From Octopus bimaculoides (Eukaryota), in assembly GCF_001194135.2 (NCBI RefSeq), contig NC_068991.1, positions 8,238,256 to 8,288,397 of the forward strand: 50,142 nucleotides of DNA, written 5' to 3'. Shown here one piece after another: positions 32,661 through 44,880 of this stretch. The notes beneath the pieces are model-generated. The model had not been told where the DNA came from. It did no database searches and saw nothing but the letters and a program-made list of their open reading frames with translations. The translations under genes were made by a program, and so were the position numbers. How positions within the stretch are numbered: the stretch's first letter is position 1; each line of letters begins with the position of its first letter.

Positions 32661-33819
32661 TATTAAAAAAATGATGTACAGTCACCCTTAACACTGGCAA
32701 TTTTCCAATGTTCTGTGGGTAACACAGTTATTAAGGTAGTTATTTAAAAAGTAGTGAAAGCTGGTGCAGTAGAAAGAGCCTGCTGCATTTGAAAAGCAGA
32801 CATGTAACACAATCAAGAGCAGGACCCATATAGCTGCACATATGCCTGATATGGTTGAATGCTCTGTTGCATCTTCTACATGATTTGAATTCATGTTCAG
32901 CATCCTGTTGCTCTTTCCTGCTTAGGTGGGCTGCTGCAGTCTCACCATATTGCACTTTTGGGATTTCTAATGGACTTACATGATATGATGCTTTGCATGT
33001 GGCTCGGATTGAATTTAGAATATACTGAAGATAAGTACTGACATATCCAGAATCATAGAATGTTAGCCAATGTAGGCGCTGTAACTCAGTACAATAGGAG
33101 TTCTAGTCATAACGAGCAGTTTGGAGATGATGGTGCACCTATATACACAACAGACTCCCACACAATTTTCATCCACCATATTCACTTACAAGGCATTGGT
33201 TCAGGGCTATGGCAGAAGACACTTGTCTAAAGTATCGTGCACTGGGTCTGAACCTAAAACCACATTCTGTCTGATTCATGCAAGCATGGAAAAGTGGACA
33301 CAGAATGATTATGATGATGATGATGAGAAGGAGGAGGGTATATATTTGAGAGAGTGTTGCAGAACATCGATCATCCTTTTGTAAGAAAAAAAAAGAAGAA
33401 AAAAAAAACGATATACAACTAAACATTCAGAGTTTTATGATCTGTGGGTAGTTGGGTGAGTGGGGGACACAGCTACTAAAATATTTTTCTCACTCATAAC
33501 AAGCAGTCTCGAGTAGGTCTTACACTAGGTGGGTCACAGAGTACAATGAGAATTAAGTACCTCACCAAGCCAGATGTGCAACATCAGAAAATTATTTAGT
33601 CAATTGATTGGACAGAAACATGTCTGACAGCAACATGTCTTAAACACAATAAAACTGTAGTGTACATCATCTGTCCAATGGGCTGCACAAGACCACCACA
33701 GCTCAGCACACTATGACATGGGTTAAATACCATCCACATCTTAACAGCACAATAAGTTCAGTGTCACCTTGAGACATGGGCACACTGGACAGTTGCCCAG
33801 GGGCCTCACAGGCGTAGAG

Positions 33820-34008
33820 CAGTGCTCCAAAACCTTTTTTTTCACTTGTAGTACATTTATATTCTTTTCAAAAACCGGCGGCACACCTGAACTAAAAATA
33901 TAACTAAACGTATAGGGGAAAAAAATTATATTCAGGTTACATTGTGGCACACCGAGCATCCTCTCATGGCACACTGGTGAGCCACGGCATACCGGCTGCA
34001 GAGCACTG
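33820..34008. mobile_element. hAT (Charlie-like) MITE, 189 bp
   Basis: CAGTGCTC...GAGCACTG TIRs; flanks GCGTAGAG / GTCTAGAG (6/8 match, NTCTAGAN-type target). Confidence 0.65.
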
Positions 34009-34159
34009 GTCTAGAGGCTCAGTTCTGATCTATGAATATTGTTGCAGACAGTCAGTAAAAAATACTACAGGGCCTAATTAGTGCATTGATTTGCCCAGGG
34101 GCCCAATTCAGATCTATGTATGCTGCAACTTGCTTTCAGCAAGTAAATAGTACAGGGAC

Positions 34160-34477
34160 CACACCAAAGTTATTGATTGAGCATGTGTGCTTACGATGGT
34201 GTGTTACTAAACTCTCTGGTCCGAGTTTGGGTGAGTGAGCGTTGTGTCAATAGCATCGAGGTACAATTATGTTTCAACCAGATTTTCAACCTTATTGCAA
34301 GCCTCACCATTTCTTCCACCCAACTTTTTCAGATTCTAGATGTCAAGACAAAGAGAATGATATACTAACTTCGAAAATGGCCGGAGTGGTGTTTACGACA
34401 CTCTGTTACTAAAACGCCTCATTTGTTGTAGGTTTCTAAATTTTGATTTACTGTCAGGTGACTTCTGGCCAACCCTG
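34160..34477 (-). mobile_element. 5' fragment of a Tc1/mariner-superfamily element
   Basis: TA|CAGGGTTGGCCA end; degenerate N-terminus MVRLAI...LVET...TQR with frameshifts. Confidence 0.45.
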
Positions 34478-34481
34478 TATA

Positions 34482-34645
34482 TACAACGGGCTTCTTTCAG
34501 TTTCCACTTACCAAATCCACTTCACAAGGCTTTAGTTGGCTGAGGCTATAGTAGAAGCCACTTGCCCAAGGTGCTTCACAGTGGAATTGAACCTGGAACA
34601 ATGTGGCTGGGAAGGAAGCATCTTACCGCACACAGCCATGCTTAC
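34482..34645 (-). mobile_element. tRNA-SINE family A
   Basis: Reverse complement of the family-A head and body. Confidence 0.82.
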
Positions 34646-34683
<38 letters not shown>

Positions 34684-34696
34684 NNNNNNNNNNGAA

Positions 34697-34737
<41 letters not shown>

Positions 34738-35254
34738 AATGGGAGGGAGAGTAGAGCGTATGATAAATATAATCCTAATTTTTTAAAAAATGTTACTCAT
34801 ATTGAAATTCCATATGGTAGACAATGTGATAATATTAGAAATAAAGAAAGTGACTAATTCAATTAACATTAACATCTAATGACTGTCACGATATTTATAA
34901 AATAGAAATTAAGCTAAGCAGATTCTTGGAAAGCATAACGTTTAGATAGTGGAGCTCAGAGAAATATTGATTTCTTACATAAGCATACGACTTCAGGTTT
35001 ATTTGGGGAAAGTAAAGTTGTAGTCATCCTGGGAATAGGATGTAATTAGCTCAAAGACTTTACACCACCATCATCATCATTTAATGTCTACTTTTCTATG
35101 CTGGCATGGGTCAGACAGAATTCATTGAGACATGTTTTCTATTAGGTGGACGTCTTTTCTGTCACCAGCCCTCACCTGTTTCCAAGCAAGGAACAGCAAA
35201 GTGGAGCAGAACCCCAAACCACATGGCCACATGGTTGGGAAGTAAGCTTTTTAA

Positions 35255-35728
35255 CCCTTCATGGGATGGCAGGATCCCTTGGGACCCCAGCAAATTTTAA
35301 AAGTTATGCAACTTTTACATTTTTTATTCAAATGATTTTGTATCTCTTGACTTTTATTGTTAATAGTTTATGTATGCACATACAAATTTTGAGTTAAACA
35401 TTTCCAGTCATATGGATGTTATAGCATAAAATATGGTCATTGGGGTCCGACTGGACCCTATTGACGCTCCTGGTGAACTATAAGTCAATTTTCTTCGTAC
35501 TTGTACTGGTATGAATCAATATACTTTTTTCTTTTTGTTTTATTTTATATTTAGTGCTATATATATGGTTTATAAAACTATAAAAAAAAGCATTAAATTT
35601 CTTGTTCTGTATCATGTATATACAAGATTAAACAAATATTACTTTATGGATAGTGTGGAAATGCACAAAAATAAAAGGGGGACCCCAATGGCTTTTGTGT
35701 AATTCCAACCCCACCAGCCCATGAAGGG
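35255..35728. mobile_element. piggyBac-like MITE, 474 bp, perfect TTAA TSD, inserted in a SINE head
   Basis: TTAA|CCCTTCATGGG ... CCCATGAAGGG|TTAA; the flanks rejoin as AAGCTTTTAACAACACAGCC (family-A SINE). Confidence 0.9.
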
Positions 35729-36779
35729 TTAACAACACAGCCACACCTGTGCCTATAAGCCATACCAACGTTCTTATAATCAGTGACACTGTATAACTGC
35801 ATACTTTCATTTAATAGGTTTCCAATGTTCTCTTTGCTCTGAATTAACTATGAGACTCATATGAAATAGACCAGACATAGTATTTATCAAGGCGGACAAA
35901 ACTAGGAAGATTCACTTTCCATGTTCAGAGCCTTTCTCCTTTGAATTATTAAAAAAAATAAATTTGATCAGGATTTTTAATATCCACCCATTCATTTTCA
36001 CTACCCACTATTCCTAGGAGAGCTGCTGGCTAGAATCCTCAGGCACCTCCTCCATAGGGTCCTATCGGAAACAACCACTGTTAAACTCTCTTGATGGATT
36101 CCCAAGCATAATCAACTGAGTTCATGAATATCATCCAAACATCTTGTTCATGATCTATGAATCTTCATTGAAAAACAAAACAAAAAAAAATCATCTTTCA
36201 TGTTGGTACAGTTCCAAAGTTTTGCCTGGTTTAAACTCAAACCAACATCTAAAATGCAACCATTTTATTCTAATGTATGGAGGGGATGAGAAAATGATAC
36301 AACCAAGCCATTACTAATAGTATTTATGGAAAAAATTACAGAAATATTTGTAATGTTTTTAAAATTATGCAAGCATGAATGGAATTACTCAACAAATTAA
36401 GTGTTATCTGCAAATATGTTATTAGAATAACGAACACAATGTCAAAAGTTAGCATTTATTGTGATTCAGAAGCTTGTGAGCCACAGTGACCTCAAGAGCT
36501 ATTTCAGCGGAGGGCAGGTTCTTGGTAGGACTGAACATGTCAAAGGATAGAGACCACACTAATAAGGACCACCTCTCAATGCAAAAATGGGTTTGCATAG
36601 AGCTGACAGCCCTACCCAAGGAAAAGCAAAGTTACAGAAGCACCGATGACAATTCAAAACCAACAAGACCTGGGAGAAGAAGGCCATCCCTCCCTTGGGA
36701 AAACATAACCCACAAGGGAGCTGGAAAGGAAAATGCCCTTAAAACAGCTGGGGGCAGAGCTTAAAAAGCAAGGATCCAG

Positions 36780-36942
36780 GCATGGCTGTGTGATAGGAAA
36801 CTTGCTTCCCACCCACATGGTTCTGTGTTCAGTCCCGCTGCATGGCACCTTGGCAAGTGTCTTCTACTATAGCCTCAGGCTGACCAAAGCCTTGTGAATG
36901 GATTTAGTAGCAGAAACTGAAAGAAGCCCATTGTATATTATC

Positions 36943-36989
<47 letters not shown>

Positions 36990-37180
36990 TTTGCATTCGT
37001 GCTTGTCACCTCTGTCACTACATAACAACCGGTGTTAATGTGTTTACTTTCCCATAACATAGCGGTTCAGCAAAAGAGACTGATAGCATAAGTACTAAGC
37101 TTAGAGACCAATAAAATAAGTCCCGAGCTTGATTTATTTGACTAAAACCTTTCAAGGCAAAGCTCCAGCATGGCTGAAAC
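36780..37180 (+). mobile_element. Full-length family-A SINE with (GT)n core
   Basis: Head GGCATGGCTGTGTGATAGG through tail CTCCAGCATGGC. Confidence 0.85.
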
Positions 37181-37329
37181 AACTGGAGAGAAGTAGAAAG
37201 GACAATCCAGGGTGGAGAAATGTGGAGAAAAGTCATCGATGGCCTATGCTCCTTGGGAAAGAAGGGCTTAAAGAAGAAGCTTATTGGAATAAGTTAGGTG
37301 TCCTTCCAACGATACAAGGGTCAGTTGAG

Positions 37330-37612
37330 AAGCTGGCAAGGCCAGGAGCTGCACCAGGCTCCGTAGTCTGTTTTGGCTTGGCTTCTATCGTTGGATGCCC
37401 TTCTTAACCCCAACCACTTTACAGAGTGTACTGGGTGCTTTTCACATAGCACCAGTACCAGTGCTTTTTACATGGCACCATAACCAATGCTTTTTATGTG
37501 GACTCATCACCAGTGCATTCTACATGGCACCATCATCAGCGTTTTTCACATGGCACCATCACTCATGCTTTTTACATGGTATCAGTACCAATGCTTTTTA
37601 CGTGGCACCTTA
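37330..37612 (-). mobile_element. RTE-LINE 3'UTR fragment with TGGCACC repeats
   Basis: GGATGCCCTTC and repeated TTTTACATGGCACC units, as at 4090-4290. Confidence 0.7.
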
Positions 37613-38040
37613 TATATATATATATTTTTTTTATTTATAAAGAAAACGTATACTTGAAATTAGATATGAGGCTACACTGAAGAGATTTGAAATTTATTAA
37701 AGACTTAAATTACTAAAAAGTATGTGTGCTAAATTAATAGCTTAATTATATTATTAGTCTGAGTATAATGTTCTTTTTGTTAAAGGAGTGTTGTCAATTA
37801 ACCTGATTTCAACATGTTACTGACACATGATCTTGGTAGGATTTGAACTTAAAATTATGAGAAACCAAACTAGACATAAAATATCCGAGTCATTTCCTCA
37901 CCATTCTCTGAGCTTATGAAATATACATATGTGTGTGTGTGTGTGTGCGCACACAGGGTGCAGTGAATATATTGTTGTCTAAATTACGTAAAAGTGAAAA
38001 TAAACAGCCAGAGCAAGTAATAAGAATATGAAAAATAGTA

Positions 38041-38113
38041 GTTGAAAAATATCATTATAGGTATAAATATACTTGTTTACGGTATATTTATACCTATAAC
38101 AATATTTTTCAAC
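38041..38113. repeat. 32-bp inverted repeat with a 9-nt loop
   Basis: GTTGAAAAATATCATTATAGGTATAAATATAC - TTGTTTACG - GTATATTTATACCTATAACAATATTTTTCAAC; 30/32 paired. Confidence 0.9.
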
Positions 38114-38115
38114 TC

Positions 38116-38377
38116 TGGAGATGTACTTGCATAGCAAGTGACCTGATCTGAGATTGTGTGCTGGAACGGAAAAAATTGCAGCGTGGAAGGTGTTTATAAG
38201 CCATTTAAGAAACACACAAAAACCGTTAGATTCACTTCAACATTTAAATTTAATTTCCCAAAATATTTTCGTCGCTTTGAGACCGCAACCTGTTCACTGA
38301 CAAAATTCCGTGCAGCATGGAAATTAAATGTTGAAGTGAATCTAAGGGTTTTTGTGTGTTTCTTAAATGGCTTATAA
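38116..38377. mobile_element. Hairpin dispersed repeat, copy 2 (right end in an N gap)
   Basis: Homologous to 22059-22376. Confidence 0.85.
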
Positions 38378-38448
38378 ANNNNNNNNNNNNNNNNNNNNNN
38401 NNNNNNNNNNNNNNNNNNNNNNNNNNNNNNNNNNNNNNTATATATATA

Positions 38449-38860
38449 GGCACAAGCATGGCTGGCTGTGTGGTAAGAAGTTTGCTTCTCAAACATATGG
38501 TTCCAGGTTCAATCCCACTGTAGCACCTTCGACAAGTGTCTTTGGACAAGTGTCTCCTAATTTAGCTCCCAAAACTGGATAAACCAAAAACTTACGGGTA
38601 GATTTCATTAACAGAAACTAAAAGAAACCTGTTATATATATATGTCTATATGCATGTCTGTCTCTCTCTCTCTTTGTGCTTGTCCCACTACCTCAACTTG
38701 ACAACCAGTATTGGTTTGTTTATGTCCCTATAACAGTCTGGCATATAAGACCAAGAGAGTAAGTACCAGACTTTAAAAAATATGTACTGGGGTCAATTTG
38801 TTTAACTATATACTTCAAGGCGGTGCCCCAGCATGACCACAGTTCCGTGACCGAAACAAA
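38449..38860 (+). mobile_element. Family-A SINE
   Basis: Head and tail recognisable; ends ~25 bp from the E2 donor. Confidence 0.8.
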
Positions 38861-38885
38861 AGATTAGAAAGGAATGATTACTTAC

Positions 38886-39276
38886 CCGTTTAAAGGATCC
38901 AGAGCAATAGCCCGTGGCTGATCTAAATTTTCCCAAAATAATATTTTACGAAATGATCCATTCAAATTACTGACTTCAATCCGATTGGTTTCGGAATCAG
39001 TCCAATAAAGCTTTTTTCCTAGCCAATCAAGGGCTAAACCATCCGGCGATAACAATCCAAATGTAATCACATTGGTGCTGGTTTGGGAGCCGTTTATATA
39101 GGTTCTTTTAATCATTTCCAAGCTGACATCAGTCCAAAAGACTGAGTTCTCAGCATAGAAGAAATCCACTGCAGCAGCATCTTCAAGGCCACTGATTATC
39201 ACAGAAGAATTCTGTGAGTCTGCTGCATCAACAAGACGCACATCTTTGCGATTAGCAAACAGCAACAGTGGTGAAC
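38886..39276 (-). CDS. LRP5/6: LRP5/6 exon E2, propeller 1 N-half ([17 protein letters not shown]...[12 protein letters not shown])
   Basis: Acceptor tttcag|GT (phase 1), donor GG|GTAAG (phase 2); 391 nt; contains FWTD and YWTD. Confidence 0.96.
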
Positions 39277-39503
39277 CTGAAATAGAAAAAGAAAAGAAAC
39301 ATTAATGTCATCTCATAATCTTTTAAGATCATTAACCACTATGTATGTGGTAAATAGGACACATACATAGGCATATACATAGGACACATCACAGGCATAT
39401 AGGACACACACTCACATAAGATGCACCCCTATTTTACTATAATATTTTGTGGGAAAAACAAATTTATTATACATCATCACATGCTTCTTGAAAGATATTT
39501 TAT

Positions 39504-39754
39504 CCTTTTAGCATTCACATTACTTCGTCAAATGCAATGCTTATTTATTTTCATTATTTTGAATTATTCATTATTATCAAATCATTTATTATCCATTATT
39601 ATTGAATCATTATCTTGTAGTTTTGGGGTTTCAATAATGTGACTGTTTATTTTTAGAATGACATTATAGTGCAGGTTTGAGAAGCTGGATCTGGCCAGTT
39701 TGAATATAAAACAGGTAGAATATTTGAGCTGGACATGGTTTAAATGCTAAAGAG
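39504..39754. mobile_element. TTAA-type MITE related to 21317-21658
   Basis: CCTTTTAGCATTCACATTAC...AAATGCTAAAGAG|TTAA. Confidence 0.65.
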
Positions 39755-40375
39755 TTAAAGTCGTTTTGTAGAGGCAAAATGTATGATTTTATAACAAAAC
39801 TAGTTTTCGAGTTATAGAGCTAAAACCCTTAGTCAACGTTTCTATCACGTGATCCTTCAAGATTGTTCAACTCTGGGTGTTTACTCTTAACCATGGAAAT
39901 CGGATACACAGACAACATATAAAATAATAAAACAACAGTAAAGAATTTTTAAAAATCAACAATAGAAATGGAAATTAAAAACATGCCAAACAACTTATGA
40001 ACAGTCTCAAGAACAGAATAATTTGACCCTCGTTAGATACAATAACTGCAGTTCTAATTTTAATTCCAATTCACAAGAATAATCACATGATTAAAAGTTA
40101 AATTCTTATAACTTGGCCTTGATGTCAAAAAATTTCACTCGACTATTTTTTTTCTTTTTTAAAATTTAGTTGCTGTATTGTCTATGTCAACTGAGACAGT
40201 GATAAAAATAAGAAGAATTATTTAAAAAAAGTTTGTATTTTATCAGAAAAACTTGTTGCTACAAGTTTGCTAAATAATTTTTTTCCTAAAGAGACATGCA
40301 CAACACACTAATGTTCAAAATTAACCTCTGTTTGTGATATGTTACAATATAATTGCATTCATTCATTATATAGTG

Positions 40376-40846
40376 CAGTTACAGTACTTTATGGTTATTT
40401 CACCCCCATTAGAATATTGGGTTATCTCTCCAAGTTTTATGAGAAATTTCGGAACTTTTGGTTATCTTCCTCATTTAAAAAAATTGTTTAACCCTCAATA
40501 AAACAAAAAAAAAACAAAAAACAAAAGCGAAAAGATGAAACATCTTATTGAATCTGATAATATTTTGATAACAAATCATACAGAACTGGAAAGATTAATA
40601 AACATGAAAACTGGAAAAAAAAATTAAACATCTTACTGAATCTGATAACATTTTTATAACAAATCCTACCATTCCTATTGAGGATGCCAAATGTCGACAA
40701 TGTGTTGAGGTGTTGAATCAAAAGGATTTAACTCTTTTAATCCAATCTCGTCACATAAACTCAATTTTTTAGTGGGGAGATAACCCAGTTTTTTTTTTAA
40801 TGGCAATTTTTTAATGGGGGTGAGATAATCAAAAAGTACCATAGTG
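40376..40846. mobile_element. Old inverted-repeat element ending in CACTATG (Transib/CMC-like?)
   Basis: Diverged ~33-bp IRs and repeated subterminal GGTTATCTC motifs; no TSD visible. Confidence 0.4.
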
Positions 40847-41319
40847 AAATCAATTTAAACTTACTTTGAAAAAGCAATCAGAATCGCAATTTCTCACCCC
40901 AACCTTCTCTGCAATGACTATGTCACTGTTATCGTTAATTCACTTCATATGGAACCATGCGGTTGGGAAGCAAGCTTCTTACCACACAGCCACCCCTGAA
41001 ATTGCTGGCCTTGTGCCAAAATTCGAAACCAATATTTAGTTTCTACTTCTGTGTTTTGTGTTAAACTCTTGCAACAAGTCTACTTTGTCCTTCACCTCTC
41101 GTTGCACCCTGTGAATTGACACACCCACTATACACTCAATACAGAGTCAAGCCAACAGACTATAACCACTCCCACAAATTTATATCTTTGTGCTAAAGGT
41201 AGAAATCATTTCCTTATTTCATTTAAGATTCACATAGAAATTGACATCTTCAAAATTTTATATTTCAAGAATGTCGTTAATTTTCATATTTCGGAAATGT
41301 TATTAATTATAGAAGCTCA

Positions 41320-41665
41320 TTTTGCAACTATGTGGTCTTGGGTTCAGCCCCACAGTGCGGCACCTTGAGCAGATATCTTCTGATATAACCTTGTGTGAAT
41401 TTGGTAGATGGAAACTATGTAGAAACCTATCATGTATGTGTGTGTGTAAGCATGAGTGTGTGTGTGTGTGTGTGTGTGTTTGTGTATTCCCTTCCATTGC
41501 TTGACAATCTGTTGGTTTGTTTACATCCCTGTAACTTAGCAGTTCAGCAAAAGTTACAGGCAGAATGAGTACCAGACTTCAAGATAAGTACCAGGGTCGA
41601 TGTTTGACTAAACCCCTTCAAGGCAGTGCCCCAGCATGGCTGCAGTCTAATGACTGAACCAACAA
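41320..41665 (+). mobile_element. Family-A SINE
   Basis: GGTCTTGGGTTCAGCCCC...(GT)n...GTGCCCCAGCATGGC. Confidence 0.8.
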
Positions 41666-43279
41666 AAAGGAAAGATAAAAGATCATATGAATCCTCTTCT
41701 CTTCCATAAAACCTGAGGCCTTGTGTGCCTTGAGCATTCCTCATCTAAATCAGTTCCCTGAGTCAACAAAAGACTCGTGTTCCTATTAACAGTTAATCAC
41801 AGTTTAAGAGCAATCAGATTGTATAATAGCGAGTGAATGCTTGTGCAAACATGTACACACACAATAACACGACAAATTTGATCATTTTCGTGCCATTCTA
41901 TTTTAACCGTAGAGCAAACAGTTTAACAGAGACAAAAATTGCACAGTAGTGAAAAAAAAGAAAAAAAGGTGGGGAAAGAAAGAAAGAAAAAAGCAAAACA
42001 GAAAACTGAAAAAGACAGAGAGAGAGAAAATTCCATCGCCACCATCGCTCTCTTAATATCTTATAGCATTGGTAAATTCTGTTATTGTTGTCACTCTCAG
42101 CAACTTCTCACACAGCAATCTGTCATGTGAGTAGCAGAAATTATCTACCGGAGTTGTATATCAGAACATGTTTTGAATCCCAATCCGTAATGACTTCAAA
42201 ATTTTTACAGCCCAGCACAAGCACAGCCACCACCACCACCTCCTCCTCCTCCTCCAGCCTGATACATTCAATGAACACAATGTAATTAACGCCCTAGACA
42301 AAACAAGGTCCCCAATTTAGATAGAATTACGGAGGCGAGGGAAGGTTAGGAGGGGTTTCAAGAAATAACATGAATTTGTTACTTAATAGCTGTCATATTT
42401 ATTTGTTTCTTGTCTTTACAAATAAATGAAACAATCAAATAGAAATCATATATTGCCATCATAAATTTAGAATATATCCTTTCTGCTCCCCACAACAGAA
42501 ATTCTTTATAATAATAATAAAAGAAAGAAAGAAAGAGGTTGGTGGTGGTGGTGAGGGGACTACATTGCCATGGTTATCTTGGAAAAAAACAAAATTTATT
42601 TTTCTTAAATGAAAGAGAAAAAAACTCAAAAGAAATTTTTCTAAACATTTACGTATAACTAAACTAATTATTTCATTTAATTCAATTGAAAGGGATAATT
42701 ATTTTAATATTTGTTTTATATTTGGAGCAAATATTGTACCCTTTTAATTCTAAAATAAAAAAAATAATAAAATAGAATAAATAAACAAAGAGGCAAGGGA
42801 GAGCAAAAGAGACAGGGGGGGAGACGAAAAAGGAGAAAAAAAAGAAAATAGAAAAAAGAAAAAGTAGAAGAAGGAGAATAAACTATCCAGACTGCCTTTA
42901 GCATTCATGTCAAGACCCTCTTATCTGATCTCCAGCTGAATACCTCTGCATATTACTTCCTCCTGCCAAGTGTCAAAAAGAACTGCCATAAACTTCTGTT
43001 TCAAAGCCACTGCTCAAAATCTGTCATAGATAAGGTTGGCAGCCAATTGAATGGTAGTCACATTAGCAGCTTACCATTAATAGGCATCCACCAAGCTTTC
43101 TCTTTCTCTCTCTCCTGTTGAGGGGAGGAAAAACTTTTCATCAACAAAACAATATTGTTTTATAGAGTGTGTTTGTGTGTAGTCGTGCGTGTAGGTGTGT
43201 TCTTAAAGGTTTTAAAAAAAAACTTAAACACACACTATAACACTTTCTAATTGTATATGTGGTCTTCAGCTTTGCGGAA

Positions 43280-43328
<49 letters not shown>

Positions 43329-43484
43329 AGCTTTTTAGTGCTGACTGTTGGGGGAAAAGAGTACTCAATACCAGGGCAGAGAATAATATACTTTATTTAG
43401 GTCAAGCCAGTCTCTTAACTACTCTGAGTTTTGCCTGTGGGTGCACAAGATCTTCAGGCAAGTTATGATATATATACTTTTCTT

Positions 43485-43666
43485 TTATTTGTTTTAGTCA
43501 TTTGACTGTGGTCATGCTGGAGCACTGGCTTTAGTCGAACAAATCAACTCCAATACAATCTTTGTAAGCCTAGTACTTACTCTATCAGTCTCTTTTGCCG
43601 AACTGCTAAGTTACAGGGATGTAAACACACCAGCATCAGTTGCCAAGCGATGGTGGGGGGGGGGGA

Positions 43667-43700
<34 letters not shown>
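43485..43700 (-). mobile_element. 3' half of a family-A SINE, inverted relative to 43845-44230
   Basis: Reverse complement of tail GCTCCAGCATGACCACAGTCAAATGAC and body GGTGTGTTTACATCCCTGTAAC. Confidence 0.78.
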
Positions 43701-43710
<10 letters not shown>

Positions 43711-43844
43711 GATGCAAATTCTTTCAAAATGGCTTCTTGGAAAGTTGTAGCAGCTTTGCACTATGGAGATTTCAGTTGCCTTACAGCTTGAATAAGAATC
43801 CAATTCTAAGTATTGCAACTAGTTTTTATTTTAAAAAAATAAAT

Positions 43845-44230
43845 AGATGTGTGGTAAGAAGTTTGCTTCCCAACCACATGGTTCCAGGTTCAGTCCCATG
43901 GCATGACACCTTGAGCAAGTGTCTTCTACTATAGCCTTGGGAGAGTGGATTTGATAGACAGAAACTGAAAGGTGAGTGTGTGTGTGTGTTTGCATGTTTG
44001 CGTGTGTGTGTGTGTTTGTCTCCACCATGACTTGACAGCTGGTGTTGGTGTGTTTATGTTCCTGTAACTTAGTGGTTCAGCAAAAGAGACCTAACAGAAT
44101 AAGTACTAAGCTTTACACAAAAAAAAAATAATAATAATAAGCACTGGAGTTGATGCGTTTGACTAAAAGCCTTCATGGCAGTGCCCCAGCATGGCCGCAG
44201 TCAAATGACTGAAACAAGTAAAAAATAAAT
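43845..44230 (+). mobile_element. Full-length family-A SINE
   Basis: Head to tail recognisable. Confidence 0.85.
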
Positions 44231-44689
44231 TTTGAAATGTTTTTAAAAAAAAGCACCCAGAAATCCACTTGAACTACATAAAACCAATCTATGAAAATAA
44301 AGCAGTGTTATCATTTGAAACCATAACTGTTTACATCCAAAAGAATTCTGTGTAGCTGATAAAAATTTGTACATCATGACCTCAAGATAAATACTTGAGG
44401 ACCTCAGTGAGTTTATACCATGTTACATAGTATATACTAAAGCACCATATTAAGCACTTGTCTGCTGTGGTCACTAATGTTTCAAAATCCAGCAATATTC
44501 TCATTACATTTTTGGTTCAGTTAATTCATTTTGCATAAAATTTCTTTTTTTTCTACCAATTCTTGTTACAATTGCACACCAAAAAGTTATCCTTCTCCAG
44601 AGTATCTTTTTGGTTCTTTTACCATTTATTTCTTTTATTTCGAATACGCTGTATCTATAACAAATTTTATCATTAACTCCAATAAATGA

Positions 44690-44880
44690 TGGCAGAATTG
44701 TTAGCACGCCAGGCAAAATGCTTAGCAGTATTTCATCTGCTGCTATGTTCTGAGTTCAAATTCCGCCAAGGTCGACTTTGACTTTTATCTTTTGGGGGTC
44801 AATTAAATAAATACTAGTTACACACTGAGGGTGATGTAATCCCAAATTTGAAGACTTGTGCTTCCAGTAGAAAGAATTAT
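44690..44880 (+). mobile_element. Family-B SINE
   Basis: TGGCAGAATTGTTAGCACGCCAGGCAAAATGCTTAGC...GAGTTCAAATTCC. Confidence 0.82.

Larger units (their letters stand above)
8204..39276 (-). other. LRP5/6: LRP5/6 (arrow) gene span, coding exons E2-E16; Wnt co-receptor
   Basis: 15 exons join in frame (391+401+132+201+196+251+141+299+227+185+207+156+203+200+1567 = 4757 nt). Domain order is 4x(YWTD propeller+EGF), 3 LDLa, TM, 5 PPP(S/T)P motifs, which is diagnostic of LRP5/6 rather than LRP4, LDLR or LRP1. Confidence 0.97.

Noticed and set aside
36486-36764. GC-richer 92-aa ORF in the large intron
   Set aside because: No domain, no splice context, adjacent to a SINE; likely a retroelement 5' relic.
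41814-41885. MIKFVVLLCVYMFAQAFTR... signal-peptide-like mini-ORF as exon 1
   Set aside because: No phase-1 GT/GC donor after the hydrophobic core; it runs into a stop at codon 24.
42880-43080. TSAYYFLLPSVKKNCH resembling the Penelope RT motif FYLLPKIHK
   Set aside because: Too short and degenerate to support without a profile search.
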